The notes: a model not told the origin generated them from the sequence alone. Numbered from the stretch's first letter, positions 12,755-24,545 are shown. The stretch: DNA of 64,000 nt from Dicyema japonicum (GCA_011109175.1 RDEW01000013.1:1122767-1186766), one strand, 5' to 3'. Translations and numbers: made by a program.

Positions 12755-13065
12755 TTAACCCCGGATACACCGAGAAAGAAGTTAAAGTAAACAACTAATT
12801 AAGTGTATCCAGTTTCCACTTCTACAGAAACAGAGTCCATCCGGAATCAGCATGAAAGACGTCCATTACATGCAGTTGTGGAACCCCTCCAGTGGAGTGG
12901 GGGAAAGCAAATGATCCTTTTTCGTGCCGGCCTGGCACTGGGCATCACCTAGACAGATGGATCACATGACGCCACTCTAATAGGAAGAGAGAAAAGGAAG
13001 AGACAAGCAAGCAGAAAACTTCAACAGATTAACTACGCATCACTACATGGCGCTACGCGGCTCTT
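12755..13065 (-). mobile_element. Orphan LINE 3'-UTR module
   Basis: Similar to 37790-38055 and 18300-18645; terminates in TTCTTTCTCGGTGTATCCGGGGTTAATAA. Confidence 0.65.
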
Positions 13066-13293
13066 TTTCGATTTATTGAATAAATTTGTAGAATCCGATA
13101 ATCTTTAAGAATTGTGAAATAAACAAAAAATAGTTTAAATATCGATCGTCATGTGCTTTGCTGATTTTTGAGCCGCCAACTGTGGAATTAATCACACAAT
13201 GAAAAGGATCATTTGTCACCCTAATCCAAAAAGAATATTTTTCTTGGACGGCTCTTTCTGTATTTCTCATCTAACCTGTTAAGCACGTATTAA

Positions 13294-15340
13294 ATCATCT
13301 CTGAAGACATCGAACCTAATCAGGTACCAGCGAAATCTCTTTCCATAATTCAACTCATCATAAATGGAGTGAGAGGAAAGACAATCGAGCTCAGAACTTT
13401 CTTAAAGAAGTACGACGTCGACGTGTGCCTTCTACAGGAGACGAAACTGACGCACTCTTCCAGTCCAATACTTATGGGATACATTGTTATCAGAAAGGAT
13501 ATTCAGTTTAGCCGTGGAGGACCTCATTACTCTCGTCAAAAGAGAGATCGGGCAAACAATAACGCCTTCGCATTATGATCATCCATCTCCCATCAAATCA
13601 TCGGGATCTCCATTCGAACAAACATCGAAAATATAACAACTGTCAACATTACATTCCCCCTCTTACCCAAAGGGGTCTACTTTCCCCCTGGATGTGTTAC
13701 ATCAATAACAACATTTGTTCACCCAACGACTTCATCTGATTTACCCTAGCCCCCCTACATTGCTTCTCTTTCCAACCAGTCTGTGATTTATAACTTCCGG
13801 AGCGACCGCAATCCTATTTCTTTCAGATGAAGCCAAGCTCATCTATGAAAAATGACGAAACGCTGTGCTGGATTACAGAAACGTTAATTGCACAGATTTT
13901 GCTCAAAATTTGTGCACAAACAGATTTCGATGCAGCACGGTTCAATTCATTTTATAATGCAGTTTCCCATGTTAACAGATCCAGAAAGCAATGAAGGTAT
14001 TTATCAGAGAATGGTCTATCAAATCCTAAAATAAATGTTTTGCCCACAAAACGAAGAAGATTATGAATGAACAATCGTCTCAAAATCATCCAAAGAGCAT
14101 TCCAGAAATTAGAGACCGGATTCGAGTGCTGGATAGGTAAATACAAAACATCTCTTAGAAAAAGGAATTGGATGAATTGAAAAAAATCACCTCCGCATTT
14201 AACAAGCAGAGCCATGTCAATTATGTGGAAGACTCTCTCAAAGATCAAAAACCCTGAGAAGAGAAACAGTCCTGAATTCAGCAAAAAGAACTCTATAGAA
14301 TTATGAAGTTCTACTCTCACATCTTTATTATGGGGACTTAAGTCAAAGCCTAGGCACTCCAAAACTCTATTGTGCTCGATTGACATCCGCAAGGCTTTTG
14401 ACTCGACACCCAAAAAAATCTTAACAAAGAAGATCTACTGCTGCTCAGAATACCCCGGTATTTTCATAGATGGCTCAGGAAATTTCTCATTGGTAGAAGA
14501 GGAAAAGTCGTAACATAATCCTGCCAATCGGTCTCAAAATATCTCCCAAACGGCGTGATACAGGGTTCACCTATGCGTCGCTTTTTAACTTATTCTTGCA
14601 CGATATTCCAATCGGTTCGGACGAAAATTCTATAACTCTAGCGTATGTCGATGGCATCTGCAACTTCTCTGGAAAGACTTCATGAATGGTTGAACACATA
14701 CCCAATGCTCACGTACACAGTGAAAGTCTTCGGCTTCTCTTTTTACGTTGAATAGAAGGCTATCACGTTATTCCGCTGAACTATTTTTGAATGGTGAACA
14801 AATCCCACACAAGAAACAAGCTTTGATTCTAAAAGTAAATTAGACAACATCATGACATCAGCACACACGTGTCAAACATCATGACCATCCTCAGTGCTTC
14901 GGCACGAAAGTTTAACTTCGTCAAGGTAGTCGTTTCAAAACTTAAAGGTTCCTTAAACCAGTCATTATCAACGTTGTACACCCAATTCGTCAAAACAACT
15001 ATAAGTTATGGATGTCCCGCTTGGAGAACAAAACTTGCCAGAACAAATATGGAAAAGATCAACTTTGCTCAATCCGGTATCAACAAAACAATCTCTCGAA
15101 TCATAGGACTACCAATAAGGGAGACCCTATTTGAGGTCCTTGTGAGGAAGTCGAGCGCCATATTCACCCAAAATGAAAACCACCAGAAGAACAGTGTTAT
15201 CGAAAATGTGTCGGTTCCTGAGAGCAACACCAGGAAAAGATGAAAAAATTGCTCAGAGAACTTAGGATCACCTCATGGTCATTCTTTTAATTAGTGTTTA
15301 CCTGGAGATTTTTGGCTTATTAATAATAATAATAAAAAAA
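13294..15340 (+). mobile_element. Degraded APE-RT LINE (I/Jockey-like) with N-terminal 2A-like motif and (TAA)n tail
   Basis: IISEDIEPNQVP, then APE motifs (SIIQL.INGVRGK, DVCLLQETKL), RT relics (DIRKAFDS, IQGSP, YVD) and TAATAATAATAA at ~15320. Confidence 0.82.
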
Positions 15341-15393
15341 TTAATTTAATAAATTTTTTTCAATAACTAAAATTAATTAAATTTAAATTTGAT

Positions 15394-16729
15394 TCAAAAA
15401 TTGTCTCCAATCAGAATGAAAGAAATTCTCGCCTTGTAATTCATCAAATTCAAAATGGAATACCACGTGTCTAAAATAACATCAGTTCAAACTTGCTGGA
15501 ACAATAAAGTAATCGCCTCCCTTCAAAGTTCTATAGGGAGAATTGTTTAACGAGACTCCCACACGGCCACTTCGAACTGTGAGAATCTAAATATATATTG
15601 GAGTTTAGTTAACCATCACTGAGTCACGGACAAAAGTAAATGACTTTTCAAGTTTCGGTTTTATAATAAATTCTCCGCATTTCAAATTTCCCATCGAAGC
15701 CGATTCAGGGTTTAGTTGGTCAAATCTCGTCTCGCAAAAATAATTCCCGTGGTCATATATGGTTGCATTCGCAAGTCCAATACATTCTGAAATATTTTTA
15801 ATCTCTTACCCTTTTTTGAATTTGGCTCACGACATACAGTAAAATCTGACCGCAGTTGTCTCCGATTTGACTTCTTGTTCCTTCTTGGGCCATCTTCAAT
15901 TTTTATTAGCAAAACTACCAGTAACAAAGCTTCTAACGATTCCCTTGATTTTTTGATCTTTGAATGAACATAAATTTAAAACATTTATCATAGACAATCC
16001 TCTCTCCAACACAGTTGTCTCTCCCAGAGATACGAGTTCTTGACGACCTTCTCACTCCCAGAGGTGATGGATTCGGAACAACTTAAATAAAATTCAAATG
16101 TGACTAATTCTTCCTTGAATGTTTGGATGACTGTAAACCTTCGCATTTGCTATTTTGTCATCAGTACACCTGATAAGAACTTAGAGTAAATACTATCTTT
16201 ACATTTTTCTTCCTCATCCTTGCGAATATCGGATTCGTCCGAATATTGGCTTTTTTGAGATCTCATGACGGGGAAAAAAGGTGTGCTCACCCTCTCATCA
16301 AAGTCTTCAACCATAGAAGACTTGAGTATCCCATTGGTCAAATGGTCGGATAAACTCAAATCTGTGATATTTAATTTTTATAAAACCTGAGGTGTTCCCT
16401 TTCAGAGAAGAAAAAGCTCCACACGATGAAAGAGACCCAAACGGGATGTCGCATATGTCCTCGAATGGCTGATGGATTGCCTTGTTGATAAATTCTTGGC
16501 CGAGTTGAAAGCTATTTTGTAAGATTTTTGAGTTCTCTTCGTGCACTAAAACTAAGATTGAGAGTTTTACATTCTCTTCGGATCGTAAAATCTGGAATGT
16601 TCTAAGAGTAATCAAAACAGTTACATTCATTATCACATTATTCAAGTTTTGATACTGGTCGTATATATTTTGCCAAATAAGGTTGAAGCAGTTGGATATG
16701 AAGTCGTGCATGGTCTTTGGTTCTTCCAT
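15394..16729 (-). CDS. CENPC: Centromere protein C (CENP-C/Mif2), ~364 aa, 10 introns of 22-27 nt
   Basis: Removing GT-AG introns of 23,25,25,23,23,25,25,23,27,22 nt leaves a stop-free 1095-nt CDS. It contains the motif VRRSSRTRISGRDNCVGERIVY (15990-16055) and a C-terminal cupin LKCGEFIIKPKLEK...ILTVRSGRVGVSLNNSPYRTLKGGDYFIVPANTWYSILNLMNYKARISFILIG. The 5' end and first two introns are less certain. Confidence 0.85.
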
Positions 16730-16959
16730 TCCAAAAATTCAAAAATATACGGGAGTTGACTAATTTAAGGATTTTTTGTATCCTTTTTTAGAAAGTTAAA
16801 ATCATTCGAGTTCCGATAGTATTATTTCTTAAACGAGACAATTCAGTAAATTTTTACTTCCTCATGAAATATTCAACAGAAAATTACATTTTTTTGTTAT
16901 TTCAAATTTTATTTTTTAATTTGTTTTTTAATAAAAATTAGGTTTTAGAAATTAAAAGT

Positions 16960-17260
16960 TATGGAACTCGAATGCCCATACTGTTTCTTCTGACGATAGC
17001 TATTGAGATACGCTCTCAAAGATATCCAGTCTTACGAGGATCCTTGGTGACTCTTTGAATCATTGAGCTGATCAGACAGACTAGAACTTCAACTTGTGAG
17101 ACAAGGATTTATCACCTCTCAACAGCAAATAGACAAAATGTGATCCTCTTTAATGTTTCGGTACTTTCTTCTCTTCTGATCCTAGGCTTTATTAGTAGCG
17201 TGACATGGGTCCGAGACTGATACAATCAATCCGGTTTTGTGCTTATTTTATTTAATCAAA
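16960..17260 (-). mobile_element. CRE-clade 3' fragment
   Basis: Minus strand ...AEEKKV...ERISIAIVRRNSMGI. Confidence 0.6.
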
Positions 17261-17329
17261 TAACTAAACCCTTCATTTTAAGGCTTTAAACTAGGCATTA
17301 CCAACTCTCTAACACTTAGTATGACTTCA

Positions 17330-17480
17330 AAGACAGTCAGTTATTTAAGTAAAGAACAGTTCCGCAGTGAAATGTTCACTGTTTAAGGCGTCACTTTTAA
17401 AGGCAGGGCATCGTAGATGCGTGGAACCTTGAGCCAGAATTTACGGTAGAGAGATTCAAACCAGGATCCATCAGACTTTT
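17330..17480 (-). mobile_element. Partial SINE copy (core)
   Basis: GCATCGTAGATGCGTGGAACC and TTCCGCAGTGA match the SINE core. Confidence 0.75.
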
Positions 17481-17789
17481 TTGACATTTTGTCATGCCGG
17501 CAGTATTTTGTTTACTAAAGAACGATAATATGACTCTCAGTTTTCTTGTCAGTCAAAGATAGCTGAGCTAATGACGTAAGTCTTTTGTACAGCAGGGTAT
17601 GGCGAACATATTGAATAAAAAAATTAAAGTTTAGATCCTGTCATGTGGATAGAAGGAATAACCATGAACTGTGTATATATTTTTAATAGCTCAGGATATT
17701 CCTGAAAAAAGTTTTATTCACGTCTGTTCCAAGTATCCGCTACTACGTAAACCTCTCCATTATAATTTGGAAAAAAGGAATTATTTTTA

Positions 17790-18256
17790 AATGTCGGCCA
17801 CGTATCAGGCGTCTTCTCAGAGGAAATTATTGATGCTGAAAAAGGAGAGATTATTATATAGAACTTTCGCTGCTCTATGAATGCCAAGTGAAGATTATTC
17901 CAGTGGTTTTGACATGGGATGGAGTTGTTTCAAGATGCTTCAAGAATCATATGGATAAATTATCTATTGAAGAATCAACGAGGACTTACATCCAATCGGT
18001 TGTACTGAAGAGAACGCTCGAAAGTATGCTCATTGAACATAAGCATGGGATGAAGGTATACGATGAAGAGTACGCCTCTGCTACCTCCCAACTTGTGGAA
18101 CTGGCATGCCGTGAAGACAGCCCACTGGACTCAAACGGAGATATTTTGACTGAATCTGATGTGGAGATGCGGAGTAACAGGGAGGTTATGGCACACTCTT
18201 CTTCTAAGAGAAGAAGAGGGATTACCAACAATCTGGATCAAAATACGCTTAATTAA
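17790..18256 (+). mobile_element. R4/NeSL-like non-LTR 3' fragment (REL endonuclease C-terminus)
   Basis: ELSLLYECQVKIIPVVLTWDGVVSRCFKNHMDKLSIEESTRTYIQSVVLKRTLESM: the K-I-I-P-x-V-x-T-W-D-G end of an RLE domain. Confidence 0.65.
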
Positions 18257-18299
18257 TTAATTAGTTAATTTATTCGTTATTATTTTATTCGATTATTGA

Positions 18300-18645
18300 A
18301 AACATAAATACATGTGGTGCTACAGCTAATTGGTTGAGGTTTTGTGCTTGTTTAGTCTGTCCCTGCTCTTCCCTTCCTACTAGAGTGGCGTCGTGTGATC
18401 CACCTCTCAGGTGGCGCTCAGTGCTAGGCTGGCCTAAAAAGGATCATTTTCTCTCCCCCACTCCACCGGAAGGGTTTCCACAACTTCAAGGAATGGGTGT
18501 CTATTACCTTTTATGCTGGTTCTGTATGGATCTGTGTAACGTTGAAGACTGTTTCTGTAACAGTGGGAACTGGATACTCTTAACTAGTTGTTTACAGTTA
18601 ACTTCTATCTCGCTGTATCCGGGGTTAATAATTAAAATTAAATAA
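18300..18645 (+). mobile_element. Orphan LINE 3'-UTR module
   Basis: Diverged copy of 37790-38055, ending CGCTGTATCCGGGGTTAATAA. Confidence 0.6.
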
Positions 18646-19412
18646 ATTAGTATGTAAAAGGAAATAAAGTGTTAAGTCCAACAAATTCGTGGCTAAGTTG
18701 TTAGTAAAGTTGTTAGTGGCGCTATTAACTATGGACCCGATTCCTATAACAGTACATTCTTAATGGAAAGATTTCCTTTCTTATTGACTCACTGTGTTAA
18801 ATTTTGTGCTTTTTTGGCTAATTATTGGCAGCATACATGTAATCATATCGATTATCATTTACAGTTTTAGACAGATGATTTCCCATGTTTTTACAACTTT
18901 GGGCTGAATAAGATTTGGATAGAGAGACTTCCTCTCTTTGTTCAGAAGTCGGGTTTTGATGTCTTTTAAGTGAATCACTTTGTCTACGATCATGATAAAA
19001 AGAAAGATGCCAACACTTCCTTCCTCCCTTCAGTACTTTGGGTTTTAGATGCATTTTGTGTTTATCTCCTCATCCACGCTTACAAGAAAAAAGAAACAAA
19101 GAATTTCTTCCATCATGAAATAAAGTATAGATTCAGAGCAATAGAAGTACATCACCACAATCTTCTGACCAATTAACCGCTTGGTTGACTTATCTACAGT
19201 GAGGTTGAGAATAGATGTCTTCCACCAAGAATATCCTCCTAGGAGAATTATTATTTAATTATTACGAAATAAATAATACTACAAATAGTTAAATAATTTT
19301 TTTAAACAACGAGAATCAAATCTGAACTTATTTAATCTCGTAAACTTTAAGGGGGAAAAAGCGTTAAAACAAAAATTTAGTAGAGTCGTGTCATCAGTAA
19401 ATAAGGATGATT

Positions 19413-19484
19413 GGTCCCATAGTGTAGTGGTTATCACATCGGACTCTGAATCCGGTAACCCGAGTTCGAATCTCGGTGGGACCT
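19413..19484 (+). tRNA. trnQ-CUG: tRNA-Gln (anticodon CTG)
   Basis: GGTCCCA/TGGGACC acceptor stem, anticodon arm TCGGA-CTCTGAA-TCCGG, T loop GTTCGAATC; 72 nt; no encoded CCA. Confidence 0.97.
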
Positions 19485-20559
19485 TGGTAGTTTCTAAAAA
19501 TATTTTTATGTATTTTTGCAGATAATATAAAACGACTAAAAATCACTGGCAATCTCTAATGTTTTCGCAATGACTCAAAAATCGGTAATGCTTGTCTCTC
19601 TTGGAACCTAGTTCCTAATTTGTTCCTAAAATTTTTGTCAGATGCGTTTGTCTTATGCAATGTGTCTTTGGTTTAAGTCTAAGTGAACGAGAATGGAGTA
19701 GTAAATGTTGCAAACCCAATTTATCCACATCAAAAACATGATATTTCCTTATGAGGATTGAAGGTTTGACTGTCGATTGTAGTTTGCTCAATTCTATTTC
19801 TGCGAATTTCGATGAGCACTTTCAGAACATATTTCGATCCAGAAATGAAATTATCTAGTTTCTTGCGTTGAATTCAACAAGATATGACCCAATTGGAACG
19901 AAGAACGAATGGTTTTTTGAAGAGATTTCTGGACATCTTTTAGACAAGAAAATTACACTAATCATGTATGAAGATAGAACTGAGCAATGAGCAAGAACAT
20001 TCGAATAAGTATCCTGAGGAAAGGAATTGAAACTATGATGATTAAAATTCCCTAGTTATAAAAAGAATAATTAAATTAAAAATATTTAAATTTAAATCAT
20101 CGTCAAAAAAGACGTTTTATTGTAAAATTATATATTACTAATTAATTAATAATTAAATTAAATAATTTCAAAAATAAATAAATTTTTTTGAAATACGACA
20201 TTTTAGTATTTGTTGCAAACATGAGTCTTAACGAAAAACAATAATAATAATAACGAAAAACTAACAAATCCTTACATTTTAAAATACTAGAAAAACTAAA
20301 ATCATATGGAACAGAAATCCTGATGGAACAATCAACTGAATGTTACTACAACAACAAAATCTCCATCTTTGGGAATAATCGAAAAGATCAGGAAGGAACA
20401 TTATCCAAAGTAACTTGTATTAGCAATAAACTAGCACATATATGTTTTATCAGACAAATTATTATTTTCGATAAATTCCAAAATTATAATGTTATATTCT
20501 TTCAGACTTAACATTATTTCATAGCACAGCCCTTTGATATGCGATAGTGCACACATGGC

Positions 20560-23360
20560 AAATTTTGATCATTTTATATTTGATTTAATATATAATATGT
20601 ATAATTACAAAGATCACAAAATAATTAATAATATTTAAAATTTACGTTGAATTTTAAATCAACGAGTTAATGTTGCGATCTGGTTGAACAAAATATTACA
20701 AGCGCATGATCGCATTTAAATATTACTTTAATAACTTCATTTTATATTGAGTAAAATCATTAGCATTTTATGAGAAAATTAATTAACTTTTTCTCAATTA
20801 TTCGGATTAGCAATTTGGTGCCACTTAATGACCAAATACATAATAAGAATATTAACTCAATTGAATATGTATTCCAAAAGTTAATATCACTTAAATATTA
20901 ACGTATAATATTGCGATCTGTAATCAGAAATTAGAGTGTAATTTCCAAGGTAGAAGACCGCATTTAAATATTACTTTTATTACCTCGTACCTCAATATTC
21001 CGAAATTGTGCTATTAAAGTGAATCAATTCTATTAAATTATATTAATCNTATCATATAAAATAAATTTATGTTGAATTTTATATTCAATTCGCTTAAGAT
21101 CACTCAAATATTAACGTATAATATTGCGATCTGTAATCAGAAATTAGACTGTAATTTCCAAGGCAGAAGACCGCATTTAAATATTACTTTTATTACTTCG
21201 TACCTCAATATTCTGAAATCGTGCTATTAAAGTGAATCAATTCTATTATATTATATTCATCATATTTTTATGTTAACATTTTTTAGTTACCATTTTTACT
21301 GGTGGATAACCGTCTTTTAAATACAAATTAATCATATTAGTAAATGTATCTTGAAGTATATTTGCAAATCATTTAATATCACATAAATATAAACATGTGT
21401 TGAATGCTGTATTAAAAAGGTTAATGACGACTTCCAAAACTGGAAATAGAGTAATTTCTTTGTTGGATGACATATAAATACTATTTTTTACTATCTGACG
21501 TAAATTGTCAAAAAATTGACTCTAAAATGTAATATAAATTTTACCTTTTTTCGATATTTGGATCAACATTTTTTGTAGACCAATTATCTTTTTTTAAATA
21601 TAAATTTAATTGAATAAATTAAATGTCTGTTGAAATTTATATTCAACTTGTTTAATATCACTCAAATATTAAACTTATGTTGAACTTTAAATTCAACGTG
21701 TTAATATCACACAAATATTAACGTTTAATGTTGCGACCTTTGTTCAGAAATTACAAGTAATTTCCACGTGAAATCGCATATAAATATTTCCTTAATAATT
21801 TTAATTTATATTTTGTGTCACACATCATAATATTGTAAAGAACCAGTCTTATCAGAAATAGCCTATATATTGTTAAAAAAATAATTTTTTCCGGGTTCAG
21901 AAAGATAATAATGCTTTCCCTTATTTGAATATTTTTCAAGTGCATATAAATTTAGCTGAAGTTATCATCCAACTTGTTTGATATCTCTAAAAATTAAACT
22001 ATGTTGATATACCCAAATGTTAACGTTTAATGTTTTCGAAAAATATCAAATGTTACACAGTAATTTCCAATTGAGATCACATTAAATATTATTTAAATAT
22101 TTTGAAATTTGTAATGGCTAAAATCGGCTTAATTCTATGATGTTGTATAAGTTTCACATTTTTTAAATTATTGTCAACAATTATGTCGAAGGTCAATTAT
22201 TATTTTTCAACTACAATATAATATTACAAAATGTTTGTCGAATTTTATATTCAACCGGTTTAATATCACTCAAAAATTAAACTAATGTTGAACTTTTANA
22301 AATATTGTTTCAATATTTTGAAATTTGTAATGCCTAAAATCGGCTTAATTCTATGATTTTATATAATTTTCACATTTTTTAATTTATTGTCAACAATTAT
22401 GTCAAAGGTCAATTATTATTTTTCAACTACAAAATAATATTACAAAATGTTTGTCGAATTTTATATTCAACCGGATTAATATCACTCAAAAATTAAACTA
22501 ATGTTGAACTTTTATTCAACGTGTCAATGTTGCGATAGACTCTCAGAAATTACAGTGTAATTTCCAATTTAAATCGCATATAAATACTAATTTAATAACC
22601 TGAAGTCATGTAATTGCAAAAACTTCACAAATTGAATTAATTCATAATATTATATAAATTTCACATTTTTTATGTCAACAGTTCTATTTTTTGTGTCAAT
22701 TATTATTATTTATCTACAAAATAATAATAAAAAATGTGTTGAATTTTTTATTCAACTTGTTTAATATTACTCAAAAATTAAACTCATGTTGAACTTTAAT
22801 TCAACGTGTGAATATCACTCAAATATCAAAGTTTAATGTTGCGATAGACTCTCAGAAATTACAGAGTAATTTCCAATTTAGATCGCATATAAATACTACT
22901 TTAATAACCTGAAGTCATGTAATGGCAAAAACGTCAAATACATTGAATTAATTCATAATATTATATAAATTTCATATTTTTTGCTTTTTTATTTCAACAT
23001 CAATTATTATTATTTATCTACAAAATAATAATTAAAATTGTGTTGAATTGTATATTCAACTTGTTAAATATTACTCAAATGTTAACGTTTAATGTTGCGA
23101 CCGCAGTTCAGAAATTACAGAGTAATCACTACGTTAGATCGCAAATGATATTACTTTGATTTTAATTTATGTTCTCTTTTAGAGTATCGTAATATAGTAA
23201 AGAATCAGCCACATAAGAAATAATCTATAATATTGTTTGAAATTTACCTTTCTAAGCAGTTTGAATTATAATAATGTTTTTCATTATTTCAATATTTTAA
23301 AAAATATAGATTTAGCTGAAGTTACTAAACAACTTTTTAAAATTTGAGTTGCAAGTGATT
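20560..23360. repeat. Degenerate AT-rich satellite built from palindromic modules
   Basis: Recurrent GTTGAA-N5-7-TTCAAC, TTAATAT-cactcaa-ATATTAA and GCGAT...GAAATTAC-N3-GTAATTTC...ATCGC modules, in roughly 200-300 bp higher-order units. Confidence 0.85.
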
Positions 23361-23421
23361 TCGATCAGAAATCTTTTGTGAATGTATCTTTGATTACCTT
23401 AATTAGTATTCTGAATATCTT

Positions 23422-24239
23422 NNNNNNNNNNNNNNNNNNNNNNNNNNNNNNNNNNNNNNNNNNNNNNNNNNNNNNNNNNNNNNNNNNNNNNNNNNNNNNN
23501 NNNNNNNNNNNNNNNNNNNNNNNNNNNNNNNNNNNNNNNNNNNNNNNNNNNNNNNNNNNNNNNNNNNNNNNNNNNNNNNNNNNNNNNNNNNNNNNNNNNN
23601 NNNNNNNNNNNNNNNNNNNNNNNNNNNNNNNNNNNNNNNNNNNNNNNNNNNNNNNNNNNNNNNNNNNNNNNNNNNNNNNNNNNNNNNNNNNNNNNNNNNN
23701 NNNNNNNNNNNNNNNNNNNNNNNNNNNNNNNNNNNNNNNNNNNNNNNNNNNNNNNNNNNNNNNNNNNNNNNNNNNNNNNNNNNNNNNNNNNNNNNNNNNN
23801 NNNNNNNNNNNNNNNNNNNNNNNNNNNNNNNNNNNNNNNNNNNNNNNNNNNNNNNNNNNNNNNNNNNNNNNNNNNNNNNNNNNNNNNNNNNNNNNNNNNN
23901 NNNNNNNNNNNNNNNNNNNNNNNNNNNNNNNNNNNNNNNNNNNNNNNNNNNNNNNNNNNNNNNNNNNNNNNNNNNNNNNNNNNNNNNNNNNNNNNNNNNN
24001 NNNNNNNNNNNNNNNNNNNNNNNNNNNNNNNNNNNNNNNNNNNNNNNNNNNNNNNNNNNNNNNNNNNNNNNNNNNNNNNNNNNNNNNNNNNNNNNNNNNN
24101 NNNNNNNNNNNNNNNNNNNNNNNNNNNNNNNNNNNNNNNNNNNNNNNNNNNNNNNNNNNNNNNNNNNNNNNNNNNNNNNNNNNNNNNNNNNNNNNNNNNN
24201 NNNNNNNNNNNNNNNNNNNNNNNNNNNNNNNNNNNNNNN
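23422..24239. other. Assembly gap (N run)
   Basis: 818 consecutive N. Confidence 1.
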
Positions 24240-24545
24240 TTTTAAGCACTACCGCGTTGCCATAAGCACGTAAAATGCCTAGGGTTTGGCTCGTACAGAA
24301 CACACACTTTATTTAAGTAAAGAACAGTTACTATAACTGATCGTAGAGGGAGAACCAAGGAATGCTCTTCACTTCCTTTTTTTGTGTGTATGTCCTTTTG
24401 ACTAACCAGTTCCGCAGTGAATCTCCACTGATGACAGCGTCACTCGTCAAGCCCTTTCCGCATCGTAGATGCGTGGAACCTTCCACCAGGTGAACAGAGC
24501 GAGAACCGAACCCGTGACCTAACCACTATGCCACCCGGCAGTGTC
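24240..24545 (-). mobile_element. tRNA-derived SINE (shortened head, RTE-like tail)
   Basis: Minus strand A box TGGCATAGTGG, B box GGTTCG, core GTTCCACGCATCTACGATGC...GTCATCAGTGG; the tail differs from the other copies. Confidence 0.85.

Noticed and set aside
20880-22510. Near-identical ~170-210 bp duplications around the single Ns at 21049 and 22299
   Set aside because: Same single-N join pattern; probably artefactual, so they are not counted as higher-order satellite structure.
21600-23100. Minus-strand reading of the satellite as short leucine-rich repeats (LSDIHTLNL.FN)
   Set aside because: Frequent stops and frame-inconsistent indels between units; the resemblance is explained by AT-rich codons.
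24427-24480. CTGATGA in the SINE antisense strand as a hammerhead core
   Set aside because: No stem II followed by GAAA and no stem I/III.
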